A stretch of DNA of 61,563 nt, filler included, from 8 parts of 8 records of this genome joined end to end with filler, not necessarily neighbours in it; one strand, 5' to 3'. Positions 9,432 to 19,516 are shown, counted from the first letter of the whole stretch. Notes: generated from the sequence alone by a model not told the origin. Numbers and translations: made by a program.

Positions 9432-11440
9432 ATGCCTGTTGTTAGCCTTACCAACTCAAATTCAGGATTTGGAAAAAAAAGTTTAGATATATTAGAAAAT
9501 TTACTTTTTCTAATATTAATCATTGTTCCTCCTATACTCGATTCCGGTAGATTAATGGATAGCAATCAAAGCGAAAAATTCTTTTTCTTCTTTCTTTTTC
9601 TGTCATTTTTATTATTCATTAGAGGGATTAAAATTATATTTAACTATCGTTCGCATGCTATAAGGATTACCAGGTTCGATATACTGCTTGTTATTTATTT
9701 TCTATATATTACTTGCAATCGATTTTTTATTGCTGGTATTGTTGGAAATACACAACATTATTTTGAGTTCATTGGATTGGCTTTTTTTTACATTCTGCTC
9801 AGAACAAAATCTCAAAATACATTTCATTTTTTAACTTTAGCTTTATTAATAGCAGGGACAGTGCAGGTTATGTATGGAAATCTGCAATTGTATGGCATTT
9901 ATCCTTCGCACCACAACTTGTTCAAAATAACCGGAGGTTTTTTCAACCCGGGGCCTTATGCCGGATATTTGGCATCGGTCTTCCCGGTTGCATTGGTTTA
10001 TTACCTATTTCAAGATCAGGTTAAACCAAGTTTTATTCGTTTCAATTGGTTCTATAACGGTTTCAAATTGGTTTCCTCTTGGTTGATAGGTCTTCTGAAA
10101 AAAAGCAAAATTTTAAAAGATTCGTGCATTTCCATGAAACAATTTGAAACCACATTGAAACATTTATGTACATTACTACCTAAATATTTTGCTCTGGTTA
10201 CCATTATTACAATTTTGATCGTTTTGCCTGCCACACGTTCCCGTGCTGCCTGGATCTCTGTATTGGTTTCTTCTTTCTTTTTATTATCTATAAAATATGA
10301 TGCAAAAAACCGTATAACAAAGTATTTAAGTTCCAACATAAAAAAGGGAGCAGCTCTTTTTGTTGTTATAGCTATCCTGGCAATTACTTCCTATGGTTTG
10401 TACCAATATAAACAAGCTTCAGCTGATGGACGGTTGCTGATATGGAAAACCACGGCTCAAATGATGAAGTGTAAACCTGTCTTTGGTGTGGGCTATGAAA
10501 CATTCCAGGCAAATTATATGAACTATCAAGCTGAATATTTTAAGCAAAATCCCGAATCTCAATTTGTAAATGTTGCCGGAGACAACATTTATGCATTTAA
10601 CGAATTGTTAAAGATAGGTTCTGAAACAGGTATTGTCGGTTTAATACTAGTACTTATTATAATAGTTGTAATATTCGCACGAAACAAGCGGAATTTGGAT
10701 ACCATTGAACGGACTAAAGGTCTCGTTGTCCGTTCGGGTGTCCTTGCAATCCTGGCATTTAGTATGTTTTCTTATCCCGGCAGTATCCTTCCTATAAAAC
10801 TTAATTTTGTGTTATTGCTGGCATTTACTGCTTCGCAAAACAAATCCATTAAGGCTGGAAAAAACCTTGTTAACTTAAAACATGTTGGAGTACGCATCAG
10901 CCTGGCTGTTTTCATTATGGTATTGTTAGCTTTTTTTATTCCCTTTTTAGAAAATGGCATCAAGCACATATAGATTGGCAATCAGCTTACTACACATACC
11001 AAATGGGAGCCTACAAAGCTTCTTTGGATGATTATGAAAAAGCCCTTCCTATATTAAAATACAATGGCACTTTTTTGGTTAATTATGGCAAAGCACTTTC
11101 CATGGCAGAAAAACATACAGAAGCAATCAATGTATTAAACAAATCAAAAAATTTTATAAGTAATACAATAATATACACTGCGATAGGCGATAGTTATAAA
11201 GCAATTAACAATAATGACAAAGCAGAAGAGTCTTATTTTCGGGCGTGGTATATGATACCCAGTAGATTTTATCCAAAATATTTATTAGCAAAATTGTATG
11301 ATGATAATGGACAAAAAAAGAAGGCTTTTAATACTGCTAAGGAATTATTAAATAAAAAAATAAAAGTGCAATCGACCGCGATTGAAGAAATAAAAGATGA
11401 AATGAACAAGATAATTAAAAAATATAATGATAATGTTTGA
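9432..11440 (+). CDS. O-antigen ligase (Wzy_C/PglL-like) family protein with C-terminal TPRs (1-nt frameshift near 10953)
   Basis: TGGFFNPGPYAGYL, TRSRAAW, SADGRLLIW, GVG and YAFNELL. Restoring one A gives LEKWHQAHIDWQSAYYTYQMGAY, which joins the TPR ORF 11003-11440. Confidence 0.85.
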
Positions 11441-11611
11441 CTTTATCAAACGAGTGAATAACCGAAAGGAAAAAGGCAGGAATAAGAATAGAAGCATTAG
11501 CTACAATAGTAAGGATTTCACGATCATGCCTATTCTTTAAAAGTGAGAAAGGAGGTAACTGATGTAAGATAATCAAAAAAACTTTAAAGAAAAACTTCTG
11601 AAGGAGTTAAA

Positions 11612-11619
11612 TATTTTTG
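11612..11619 (+). promoter_or_regulatory. Bacteroidota -7 promoter element upstream of the peptide gene
   Basis: TATTTTTG (TAnnTTTG) ends 38 nt before the ATG at 11658. Confidence 0.4.
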
Positions 11620-11657
11620 CGAGAATGAATAGATACAATATTATTTAAAAATAACAA

Positions 11658-11944
11658 ATGAGAAAAAAATAAAACTAGTTATAGTTACTGCTATTGCAGT
11701 GTTGGTATTGGGTTTCATAAACATGAATTTTAGTATTGTAAGAAATAATTATGATTCCTCTCTCAAGTTAGAAGATATTAAAATTCTATCCTCAGCTTTG
11801 GCAGAGGGAGGAGGAATTACTTTAGATTGTTGGAAAACAGTCTCAACTGGTGGTACTGGATTATCAACACATAAAACATATTGTGGAGATTGTACTGCGG
11901 TATTATGTGATACTTGGTTTAAAAAGTCTACTTGTACAAATTAA
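11658..11944 (+). CDS. Secreted Cys-rich peptide precursor (NVEALA-like architecture; 1-nt frameshift in the A-run at ~11665)
   Basis: Restoring one A gives an MRKKIKLVIVTAIAVLVLGFINM signal, a SLKLEDIKILSSALA|EGG processing-like motif and a 46-aa Ser/Thr/Gly-rich core with 5 Cys. Confidence 0.7.
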
Positions 11945-11977
11945 TTTCCTAATTAAAGATTTAATAATGAGAAAAAA

Positions 11978-12077
11978 NNNNNNNNNNNNNNNNNNNNNNN
12001 NNNNNNNNNNNNNNNNNNNNNTTAATTAATTAANNNNNNNNNNNNNNNNNNNNNNNNNNNNNNNNNNNNNNNNNNNN
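11978..12077. other. Artificial contig spacer
   Basis: N44-TTAATTAATTAA-N44. Confidence 0.98.
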
Positions 12078-12810
12078 GGGGTTTCAATTAAACCGCTCGA
12101 ATATTGCTTGTTTTTAACGGGAAGGACCGGAGCACCGTAGAAAGGAATTACGACCTGACCGCCGTGGGTGTGACCACTCACCACGAGCGACAGGAGGGTC
12201 TTATATTTCGTGTCGATGGAATCCGGATTGTGACACAGAAGGATTCTGCATTCTTTCTCATCCGAACAGGAGAACGTCTTATCAATCTGTAAATCATCTT
12301 CCCAGTAGTCTCGGCTCCGCCGAGAAGAATCCTGTCTCTACCCTTGCAAACAGGCTTACAGGCATGCCGGATATTCTGTCCCGTTCGTTCCAGCCAGTAA
12401 AGGGACCTGTCGAAATCGGCCCAGTGGTCATGATTACCCAGAACCGAATAAACCCCGTGTTTGGCTTCAAGCCTGGACAATATCGGCCATACTTTGTCAA
12501 TTGCCCCTATGCTATTCCTTTCATGCACGAAGTCGCCGGTACAAACGATGGCATCAGTTCGCAATTTATTGGTTTTCTGCACTACTTTTTCGATAAAAGA
12601 TTCCGAGACAAGAGGCCCGAAATGCAGATCGGTCAGGTGGGCGATGGTGAATCCGTGAAAGGAAGGGGGCAGATTGGCGACGGGAATCCTGTAGGGATTG
12701 ACCTGGACAATATTCCTTTCGATCAAGACCGGGTAGCTGCCTGCGAGAGTGGCGGCCCCGCCAAAAAGCGCAAATTTCAGAAATTTTCTTCTGTTCATTC
12801 GTTTTGACAA
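12078..12810 (-). CDS. Metallophosphoesterase (YkuE/YaeI-like), 3' truncated, 1-nt frameshift near 12312
   Basis: Tat-like NRRKFLK, DLH, GDF and GNHD motifs. After the shift come LLCHNPD and SGHTHGGQ. Confidence 0.88.
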
Positions 12811-12847
12811 ATATTGAAGGGATAGTGTTAACTTGCTTTTTCAGGGC

Positions 12848-13207
12848 TTAGATAAAATCCAGCTCCTCGACCGTTTTTTCATTTTTCACATTTCCGGTAT
12901 TGAGCACGGTTTTCGGTTCGAAAAGAAGAACATGGCATTCTTCTTCGGCCACCGGAAAATGCTCGACACCACGGGGAATTATAAAAAATTGCCCTTCATT
13001 CAGGTTAATATTTTGGTCTTTCAGTCTAATGGTTAATTTCCCTTTCACCACCATGAAAAGCTCGTCTTCGTTTTCGTGCTGGTGCCAGACGAACTCACCT
13101 TTCAGTTTAGCAAGTTTCACATATTGTCCGTTAAGTTCACCCGCGATTTTTGGGCTCCAAACTTCATTGAATAAAGAAAATTTCTCTTTCAGATCTACGA
13201 CATTCAT
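12848..13207 (-). CDS. Cupin domain protein
   Basis: GEFVWHQHENEDELF and IPRGVEHFP cupin motifs. Confidence 0.9.
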   Translation of the reverse strand: MNVVDLKEKFSLFNEVWSPKIAGELNGQYVKLAKLKGEFVWHQHENEDELFMVVKGKLTIRLKDQNINLNEGQFFIIPRGVEHFPVAEEECHVLLFEPKTVLNTGNVKNEKTVEELDFI

Positions 13208-13351
13208 TTTGTGAATTTCCTTTGCAAGCTGACATTTGAAATTGAAGGTTGATGGAAACTGCAGATCGTAGAAGGACTCGATGACCGGGTTGGCGTAATA
13301 TCTCCAAAAGCGCCCACTCAGCCCTTTTCCCCCTCCAGACGCTTCTCCCTC

Positions 13352-14341
13352 TCATTGCAACTGCTTCAATAAACCTGACCTGATCATGTCAAAAGCTTCC
13401 AGAATTCGAGCCACAAACTGATCTTTCGGGCGAAAGCTGTTACGGGTTTGGTCGAGAAAATCCTGCTGCAGGTGATCCAGCATCTTGTGCAACCGGCGTC
13501 GGTGCAGGCCTGTACCTGCCTGAATCGGGTCGGTAATGATACCCGACAGCGCAGCAAATGCCGCCAGCAGAGCCATAATCCCGGTCATTATGCCAACCGT
13601 TAATGTCAGCGAAGTCTCCGGTGGGAACCAACTATAATACACATTACCCAAGGTTTCTCCCAAAATGAAATCACGGGCGGCCAGGGTTTTGGCCAGCATG
13701 GATGCCAGCAAAACAGCGATCCCGATTCCCCCGGGCGTAAACTTCTGAAAAGCAAATGCCCCCACGATGGAGCACGACAAACAGTTGGTGATATCCGCCG
13801 AGGCGGTTCGGGTAACCCGATATTGAAGGAGAGCCTCGTCCACCAACGGCTCAATCATCTGGTGAAACTGCCGGTTGCTGACAGGGCCATTCGCATGGCT
13901 TTCATACACCTCCTGCAAGGACTCAACGATATGTTCCTCCAATAAGCTGGCGGGTCGGTCCATTTTCAGCAAGTCAAGCAGGATCAGCCCGGAAATACGT
14001 TGCTGAACCCGCGTGGTAAAACCAGCTGGTACCCGGCCAAGCAGGCGATAGAGCCAAGCCAGCCTGGGTTGTTTTCTTATCAGAAATTTCAGTAGGGACA
14101 ACAATGCATAAACAGGTGCCCAAAACAGATTGAGAGGTGCGCGCAGCATATCCCAGCCCAACGCCACCCGATTGGTCGCCACGGCACCTGGGTAACAAAA
14201 GTGGCGATCGATAAAATCCGGCACAGCCGCTCGGCAATCGTCAAAATATTGTTGTGTGCCCCGAGCAATAGCCTGCTCGATTTCCTCTTGGGAAACGTTG
14301 TGGTGGGCTGGCTGGGCTTTTGGGGGTATTAGGTTCGCCAT
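13352..14341 (-). CDS. Conserved membrane-associated hypothetical protein (DUF6635-like)
   Basis: 329-aa ORF with ALGWDMLRAPLN, YRVTRTASADI and GIITDPIQAGTGLHRRRL. Confidence 0.6.
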   Translation of the reverse strand: MANLIPPKAQPAHHNVSQEEIEQAIARGTQQYFDDCRAAVPDFIDRHFCYPGAVATNRVALGWDMLRAPLNLFWAPVYALLSLLKFLIRKQPRLAWLYRLLGRVPAGFTTRVQQRISGLILLDLLKMDRPASLLEEHIVESLQEVYESHANGPVSNRQFHQMIEPLVDEALLQYRVTRTASADITNCLSCSIVGAFAFQKFTPGGIGIAVLLASMLAKTLAARDFILGETLGNVYYSWFPPETSLTLTVGIMTGIMALLAAFAALSGIITDPIQAGTGLHRRRLHKMLDHLQQDFLDQTRNSFRPKDQFVARILEAFDMIRSGLLKQLQ

Positions 14342-14520
14342 GACAACAAATATCTTTAAAAAATTTGGGGAATAACAGGCATTATGCCAATTATTCCCCT
14401 AAACGCCAAGCGAACCGATGAGCGCTGGTCCGCAAGTCCAGGAAGGTTATATTTTCTACTCGTATCTTTCCAGGCAAGATGTCGTTTCATTTAGGACAAT
14501 GCTGCCCCCAAAACCGATGT

Positions 14521-14861
14521 CTATTTCATCTCCCGGAATCTCGCTTCCATGGCAGTGATCTCATCAATGCGTATCAGGGCATCGTAAAAATCCTTGCCTC
14601 TCAGCTTTTCCAGGTGGACGAGATTATTTCCAACGGCTTTGACATAGCCCTGCAAGACCTTACCCGACTTCAAGTGAACAAAGACATCCTTGCCCGTGTA
14701 GTTCTTGATGTTTTTGGCCAGAGAAATTGAAGTATCGAACTTGGCTCCCTCCACGGCTACCGCCTCACGAGCCAGGACTTCCGACGGAGAAAAAATGCTG
14801 TCCCCCAACACATGGTTGCCGCCAAGACTGCCACAAGAACAAAACCAGCTTTCCTTTTCAT
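14521..14861 (-). CDS. Exported small protein with Sm/LSm-like beta barrel (1-nt frameshift near 14792)
   Basis: GGAG RBS and signal MKRKAGFVLVAVLAATMCWGTAFF(S)PSEVLA. The mature part has GKDVFVHLKSGKVLQGYVKAVGNNLVHL and ALIRIDEITAM. Confidence 0.6.
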
Positions 14862-14976
14862 AATCGGCTCCTTTCTCTTCTTTTGGTTTGGGAAAAACTG
14901 AAAAACGGGGCTGGTCAAAAAGAATGAGGTCAGATCAGCAAATTCCATTTTTTGAGAACTGGATATTCGACTTCCT

Positions 14977-15864
14977 TTATAACTTGAGACCGAAAAATTC
15001 GACAGCGTTTTTCCAGGATATCTTTTCCAGAGTTTCGCGGGAGATATCGGCCTCTTTCAATTCCTTAAGCTCTCTGTCCCATGCAAACGGGATGTTCGGG
15101 AAATCGGTGCCGTACATAATCCTATCCGACCTGTAGTGACCGAGGGGTATTTTTTCCTCCATCGGAAAGTAATCGGTGAGGACCATGGTCGTATCCAGCC
15201 AGAGATTGGCATATTTCTCAATCAGCTCTTTGTAAGCGACCGTCTCATCAAATCCCAGATGGGGGACACAGATTTTAAGGTCCGGAAAGTCTTTCAGAAT
15301 ACTTTCCAGTTTTTCGGCGCTGCAAAGTTCGTAAGGATCACGGCGATAAGCCGGGCTTTTAGGTTCCCTGCCGACATGCATGACAATCGGCTTCTTATTT
15401 TCCCGGCAGCATTCATACAGGCGGTAAGCATGATCGGAGTTCATATCGAAGCACTGCACATGAGCGTGCATCTTCACCCCTCCCAGGCCGGAATCAAACG
15501 CGTCCTGTAAAATATCTTCGGCATCCTCCTCGCCCGGAAATACGGTGGCCAGACCTGTTACCTGTTTGTCATATTCTGCACATTTTTCAGACATATATTG
15601 ATTCAGCTCTCTCGCAATTCCTGGCTTGTGAGCATACTGAAGCGCGATGACATGTTCTACGCCGTGCGACAGCAGGAACTCTAATATCCGGGAGGAGGCC
15701 ATCCGATATCTGATGGAATAGGCATTTTCGTCAAACCATCTCTGAACGGCGGAAAAAATTTCGTCGGGAAAGATATGGACATGGGCATCGATGACAGGAG
15801 GAAGCCCGGCCGGAACCTTTGCCCCCTCTTGCTCATTGAATGTCGGCATATTCGGTTTCAGCAT
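14977..15864 (-). CDS. Amidohydrolase family protein (Amidohydro_2)
   Basis: IDAHVH, GVKMH, VMHVG, VPHLG and YGTDFP metal-binding motifs. Confidence 0.88.
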   Translation of the reverse strand: MLKPNMPTFNEQEGAKVPAGLPPVIDAHVHIFPDEIFSAVQRWFDENAYSIRYRMASSRILEFLLSHGVEHVIALQYAHKPGIARELNQYMSEKCAEYDKQVTGLATVFPGEEDAEDILQDAFDSGLGGVKMHAHVQCFDMNSDHAYRLYECCRENKKPIVMHVGREPKSPAYRRDPYELCSAEKLESILKDFPDLKICVPHLGFDETVAYKELIEKYANLWLDTTMVLTDYFPMEEKIPLGHYRSDRIMYGTDFPNIPFAWDRELKELKEADISRETLEKISWKNAVEFFGLKL

Positions 15865-15959
15865 GACATCACCAATGTGTTATTCCTAAACATTATCAGC
15901 GTACCCTCGGAGGCGTGAAGCACCGAGAAGGTATTCTGAAGTGCCTGTCTGTTCTTTGT

Positions 15960-16202
15960 CTATTGAATGATCAACAATGAAACGTACGGGACTATACAAA
16001 ATACAATTACCAAAACTTTATACAACCCCAGATAACCATAGGCAGCAACAGCAACGCTTTCTTCCTTAATCCCAAATAGCTTCCCGTGCATTCTGCACAT
16101 GATTCCTTTAAGCGTCATGACCAGAACAGAGCTTAATGCCAAAAGAACTACATTAATTATCGTCATCCATTTGAAGAAATCCGTGAGTTGCTCTAAATTC
16201 AT
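15960..16202 (-). CDS. Small membrane protein (DUF6868-like)
   Basis: Two TM helices, with FFKWMTIIN and YLGLYKVLVIVFCIVPY. AAGGGAG RBS. Confidence 0.6.
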   Translation of the reverse strand: MNLEQLTDFFKWMTIINVVLLALSSVLVMTLKGIMCRMHGKLFGIKEESVAVAAYGYLGLYKVLVIVFCIVPYVSLLIIQ

Positions 16203-16306
16203 CACTTATCTCCCTTAATTTCTGGAGGTCTCGGGCAATGGAATCAGTTGGCTTTTTAAAAAAATAGGCGCTATCCCTATTTATTGTACTCGAAACTACC
16301 TTTGTC

Positions 16307-17248
16307 TCACATCTCTTTAACACCATCTTTGATAGTAGGATATTTAAGAACAGGCAAGAGTTCTTTCCTGAATCGGGATGTATCCCCGTAGTACGAAACT
16401 CTGCCGATATCAATGAAATCTTTTGTCAAGGGGCTTACGGTGCCGAATGCCTTTGAAACAAGTTCAAACACTCCAGCCGCAGAATAGATGAGCCACAACG
16501 GCATTCTCCATGGTTTTTTACAGCTCCAAATTTTGCACGCAAAATCAAGGAAAGATTGTAAAGTGTCATTTCCTTCATCCCCGACATGAAAAATGCCTGT
16601 TGCATTATCATTTCTTATCGTTGCAACAACTGCCCTGCAAAAGTCGGTCTTAGAGATGAGATGAATTTCGGTCGGCTCCTTCCATACACCAAGAATTTGC
16701 CTTTTCGCAAACCACTCTGCGGCATCGATCATCAAAATGCCTTTTCCATAAACCATCCCCACCCTGAGTGACACTGAATTTTTGAATTCGTTGAAAAGAA
16801 TCTTTTCTTCTTCCCGTCTCGTCTGGGCATGTACCGAAATTGGGTTGCCGTCAAGCCTCCCGGTTGCAGGCGACTTTCTTGAGGAAGGCCCTTCAACGTG
16901 GGGGAAACTAATCAATATTATTTTCTCTATTCTTCTTTCTTTAGCCGCCCTGACAAGGTTTTTGAAATACTGAACATTCGTTTCATGTAGAAATTTTTCC
17001 GGATTCGCTTTAAACAGGACTCCAGCAAAATGGATTACAATATCAGCGCCCTCCAGACATTCATTCAAGGTACCAGGGTTCGAAAGATCGGCACACCTGA
17101 CTTGAGCCCTGGGATGTTCACTCACATCATCAGGGATTTTCTTCAGGTGCTGCATAAGAATCAAATTTAAATCTTTTTCATTGTCCCTGATATGCCTGGA
17201 AAGCAACTGTCCAAGGTTCCCTGCGGCTCCAGTAATCAATATGTTCAT
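16307..17248 (-). CDS. NAD-dependent epimerase/dehydratase family protein
   Basis: MNILITGAAGNLG Rossmann motif, IHFAG and LRVGMVYG. Confidence 0.85.
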   Translation of the reverse strand: MNILITGAAGNLGQLLSRHIRDNEKDLNLILMQHLKKIPDDVSEHPRAQVRCADLSNPGTLNECLEGADIVIHFAGVLFKANPEKFLHETNVQYFKNLVRAAKERRIEKIILISFPHVEGPSSRKSPATGRLDGNPISVHAQTRREEEKILFNEFKNSVSLRVGMVYGKGILMIDAAEWFAKRQILGVWKEPTEIHLISKTDFCRAVVATIRNDNATGIFHVGDEGNDTLQSFLDFACKIWSCKKPWRMPLWLIYSAAGVFELVSKAFGTVSPLTKDFIDIGRVSYYGDTSRFRKELLPVLKYPTIKDGVKEM

Positions 17249-17542
17249 CAAATTTAATTTTCCCAAATAATTGCGGTTTCTAATCCCCAAATTCTTGTCT
17301 TATCAGAAAAATTTGGAAACATATCAAAAATCGCTTATTAACACTTCTATCTTTTAAAGCTATTAAAACATCCTATTAAACACAAGTTGAAATCTCAGAA
17401 AATGCTCTCTTTTCAGTTATTTTACCCAAGGGGAAACCACTAAAATAAAACCTGGGAAATAATAAAAACTCCCTCCCGTTTTTTTTATAACAACATATCA
17501 ATTTCCTACTAATTTTCAGCGTTGTCCGGTTAGGTCTTTGCA

Positions 17543-17642
17543 NNNNNNNNNNNNNNNNNNNNNNNNNNNNNNNNNNNNNNNNNNNNTTAATTAATTAANN
17601 NNNNNNNNNNNNNNNNNNNNNNNNNNNNNNNNNNNNNNNNNN
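17543..17642. other. Artificial contig spacer
   Basis: N44-TTAATTAATTAA-N44. Confidence 0.98.
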
Positions 17643-17743
17643 GGATAAGTTATTTCAGACTCATTCCTAAGGATGAGTAGTATATATACCGGCCATCTAC
17701 TCCGGAAGCTGTGATCATTATTATAATTGGGAGAGACGTAGTT

Positions 17744-19228
17744 ATGAAAAATCATGAACTCTGGGACATCAGATTTTTTAATCAAATTCTCGATACCATG
17801 GCCGATGGTCTCTTTACAGTGGATAAACACGGGTACATCACATCATGGAACCGATCTATGGAGCGAATTACCGGCTATTCGCTTCAAGAAGCTTTGGGAG
17901 AAACCTGTAAATTACTTCAGTGCAGTCGTTGCTTCGGACAACACTGTGGAGAAAATGAAAATTGCGACGTATTGAAAAAAGGGAGGGCTGAAGCCAAAGA
18001 GTGTCGTGTTAGGCATCGGGAAGGATATGACGTACCAGTCATCAAAAGTGCCAGAGCGGTCATGGGGACTGACAATAATCGCTTTGGAATTGTAGAGACG
18101 CTCACCGACTTGACGGAATTAAACCGCATGCGAAAAAAGGCCGAAGATGCTGAGCGTCGTCTTAAAGAAATTCACCGTCTGGGAAACATTATTGGAAAAT
18201 CGCCTGCAATAAGGGGTGTCTTTGATGCCATTAACGCTGCTGCGGAGAGTCGGTCAACTGTGTTAATACAAGGGGAAAGCGGAACCGGAAAAGAACTTGT
18301 GGCCAGTGCCATTCATTATAATAGCCCCAACGCCGACGGCCCTTTTGTGTCGGTCAACTGCAGTGCTTTATCGGAAACTTTGCTGGAAAGTGAGTTATTC
18401 GGCCATGTCAAAGGCTCATATACCGGGGCTTACAAGGATCGAGTAGGGCGATTTGAAGAAGCGGATGGCGGCACCATTTTTTTGGATGAAATCGGAGAGC
18501 TGAATCCCTACATTCAGGTGAAGCTACTCAGGGTATTCCAAGAGCGAGAAATTGAACGAATCGGCACATCCCAAAAGATTGACGTGAATATTCGCATTGT
18601 AGCCGCTGCTCATCAAAATTTATATCAATTGGTTAAAGAGGGACGTTTCAGAGAAGATCTTTTTTACCGTCTCAAAGTGTTTCCCATCTATGTGCCTCCA
18701 TTGCGGGAAAGACGTGAGGACATCCCCCTTCTCATTCGTCATTTTATTGAAAAATGTAATCAACGTGAGTCTAAAAATATCCTTGATTTATCTCGGAGCG
18801 CCATGGAACGGTTGATGGAATATCACTGGCCCGGAAATGTTAGAGAACTTGAAAATGCCATGGAACATGCATTTGTTCTTTGTCGTTCAAATCAGATCGA
18901 TATGAGAGATCTGCCCATTGAGCTCAGGCCTCCCGGATTCTGCTCACCCTATCCCACATCCGTCAATAGAGCCCATGCTACGGCATCACACTTGAATGCA
19001 TCGTCATGTCACATTCCAGCCGTTTCGTCAATACCAAATGATGATCAACCAAGTTTTCCAATAAAGCAGCTGTCAAGACCGTATCTCATGCAATTACTCC
19101 ATGAGAGCGATTGGAATAAAGCAGAGGTTGGCCGCAGACTTGGAAAGAGTCGGACATCGGTATGGAAATACATGAAGAAGTGGGATATCCCTCTAAAAAA
19201 GCCGGGAAAACAAGTGGGGCTTATTTGA
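17744..19228 (+). CDS. Sigma-54-dependent Fis-family activator with Cys-rich PAS domain
   Basis: PAS domain, Walker A GESGTGKE, ESELFGHVKGSYTGA (GAFTGA variant), FLDEIG, WPGNVRELEN and a C-terminal HTH. Confidence 0.92.
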   Translation: MKNHELWDIRFFNQILDTMADGLFTVDKHGYITSWNRSMERITGYSLQEALGETCKLLQCSRCFGQHCGENENCDVLKKGRAEAKECRVRHREGYDVPVIKSARAVMGTDNNRFGIVETLTDLTELNRMRKKAEDAERRLKEIHRLGNIIGKSPAIRGVFDAINAAAESRSTVLIQGESGTGKELVASAIHYNSPNADGPFVSVNCSALSETLLESELFGHVKGSYTGAYKDRVGRFEEADGGTIFLDEIGELNPYIQVKLLRVFQEREIERIGTSQKIDVNIRIVAAAHQNLYQLVKEGRFREDLFYRLKVFPIYVPPLRERREDIPLLIRHFIEKCNQRESKNILDLSRSAMERLMEYHWPGNVRELENAMEHAFVLCRSNQIDMRDLPIELRPPGFCSPYPTSVNRAHATASHLNASSCHIPAVSSIPNDDQPSFPIKQLSRPYLMQLLHESDWNKAEVGRRLGKSRTSVWKYMKKWDIPLKKPGKQVGLI

Positions 19229-19267
19229 TTGCGGCATTGTTTAAAAAAATTAAAAGGGGAGGGGAAG

Positions 19268-19498
19268 ATGAAAAATACTCAAACCGAAAAAAGCGTCTGT
19301 CCATACTGCAAAGAAAGTATTACCGTAGATTTACCCGAGAATTATGCACCCGAGTATCGGCAGTGCAGTAAATGCAATAAACAATTCATTGTTGAACGTC
19401 TTGCTGAAGGATTCGACGTCATGAGAGTTGAAAGTGCACCCTGTGAAAGTGATCCGGATTGCCGTGAGATCGAAATGGGTGCCAGTGGCGAACAATGA
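19268..19498 (+). CDS. Small Zn-ribbon-like protein
   Basis: GGAGG RBS. CPYC...CSKC plus a C-terminal CESDPDC; 76 aa. Confidence 0.7.
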   Translation: MKNTQTEKSVCPYCKESITVDLPENYAPEYRQCSKCNKQFIVERLAEGFDVMRVESAPCESDPDCREIEMGASGEQ

Positions 19499-19516
19499 CG
19501 AGACAAAGAGAGATAA

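Noticed and set aside
12078-17542. Integron cassette array (seven short co-oriented unrelated genes)
   Set aside because: The intergenic regions I checked have no RYYYAAC...GTTRRRY attC structures, and no integrase is present.
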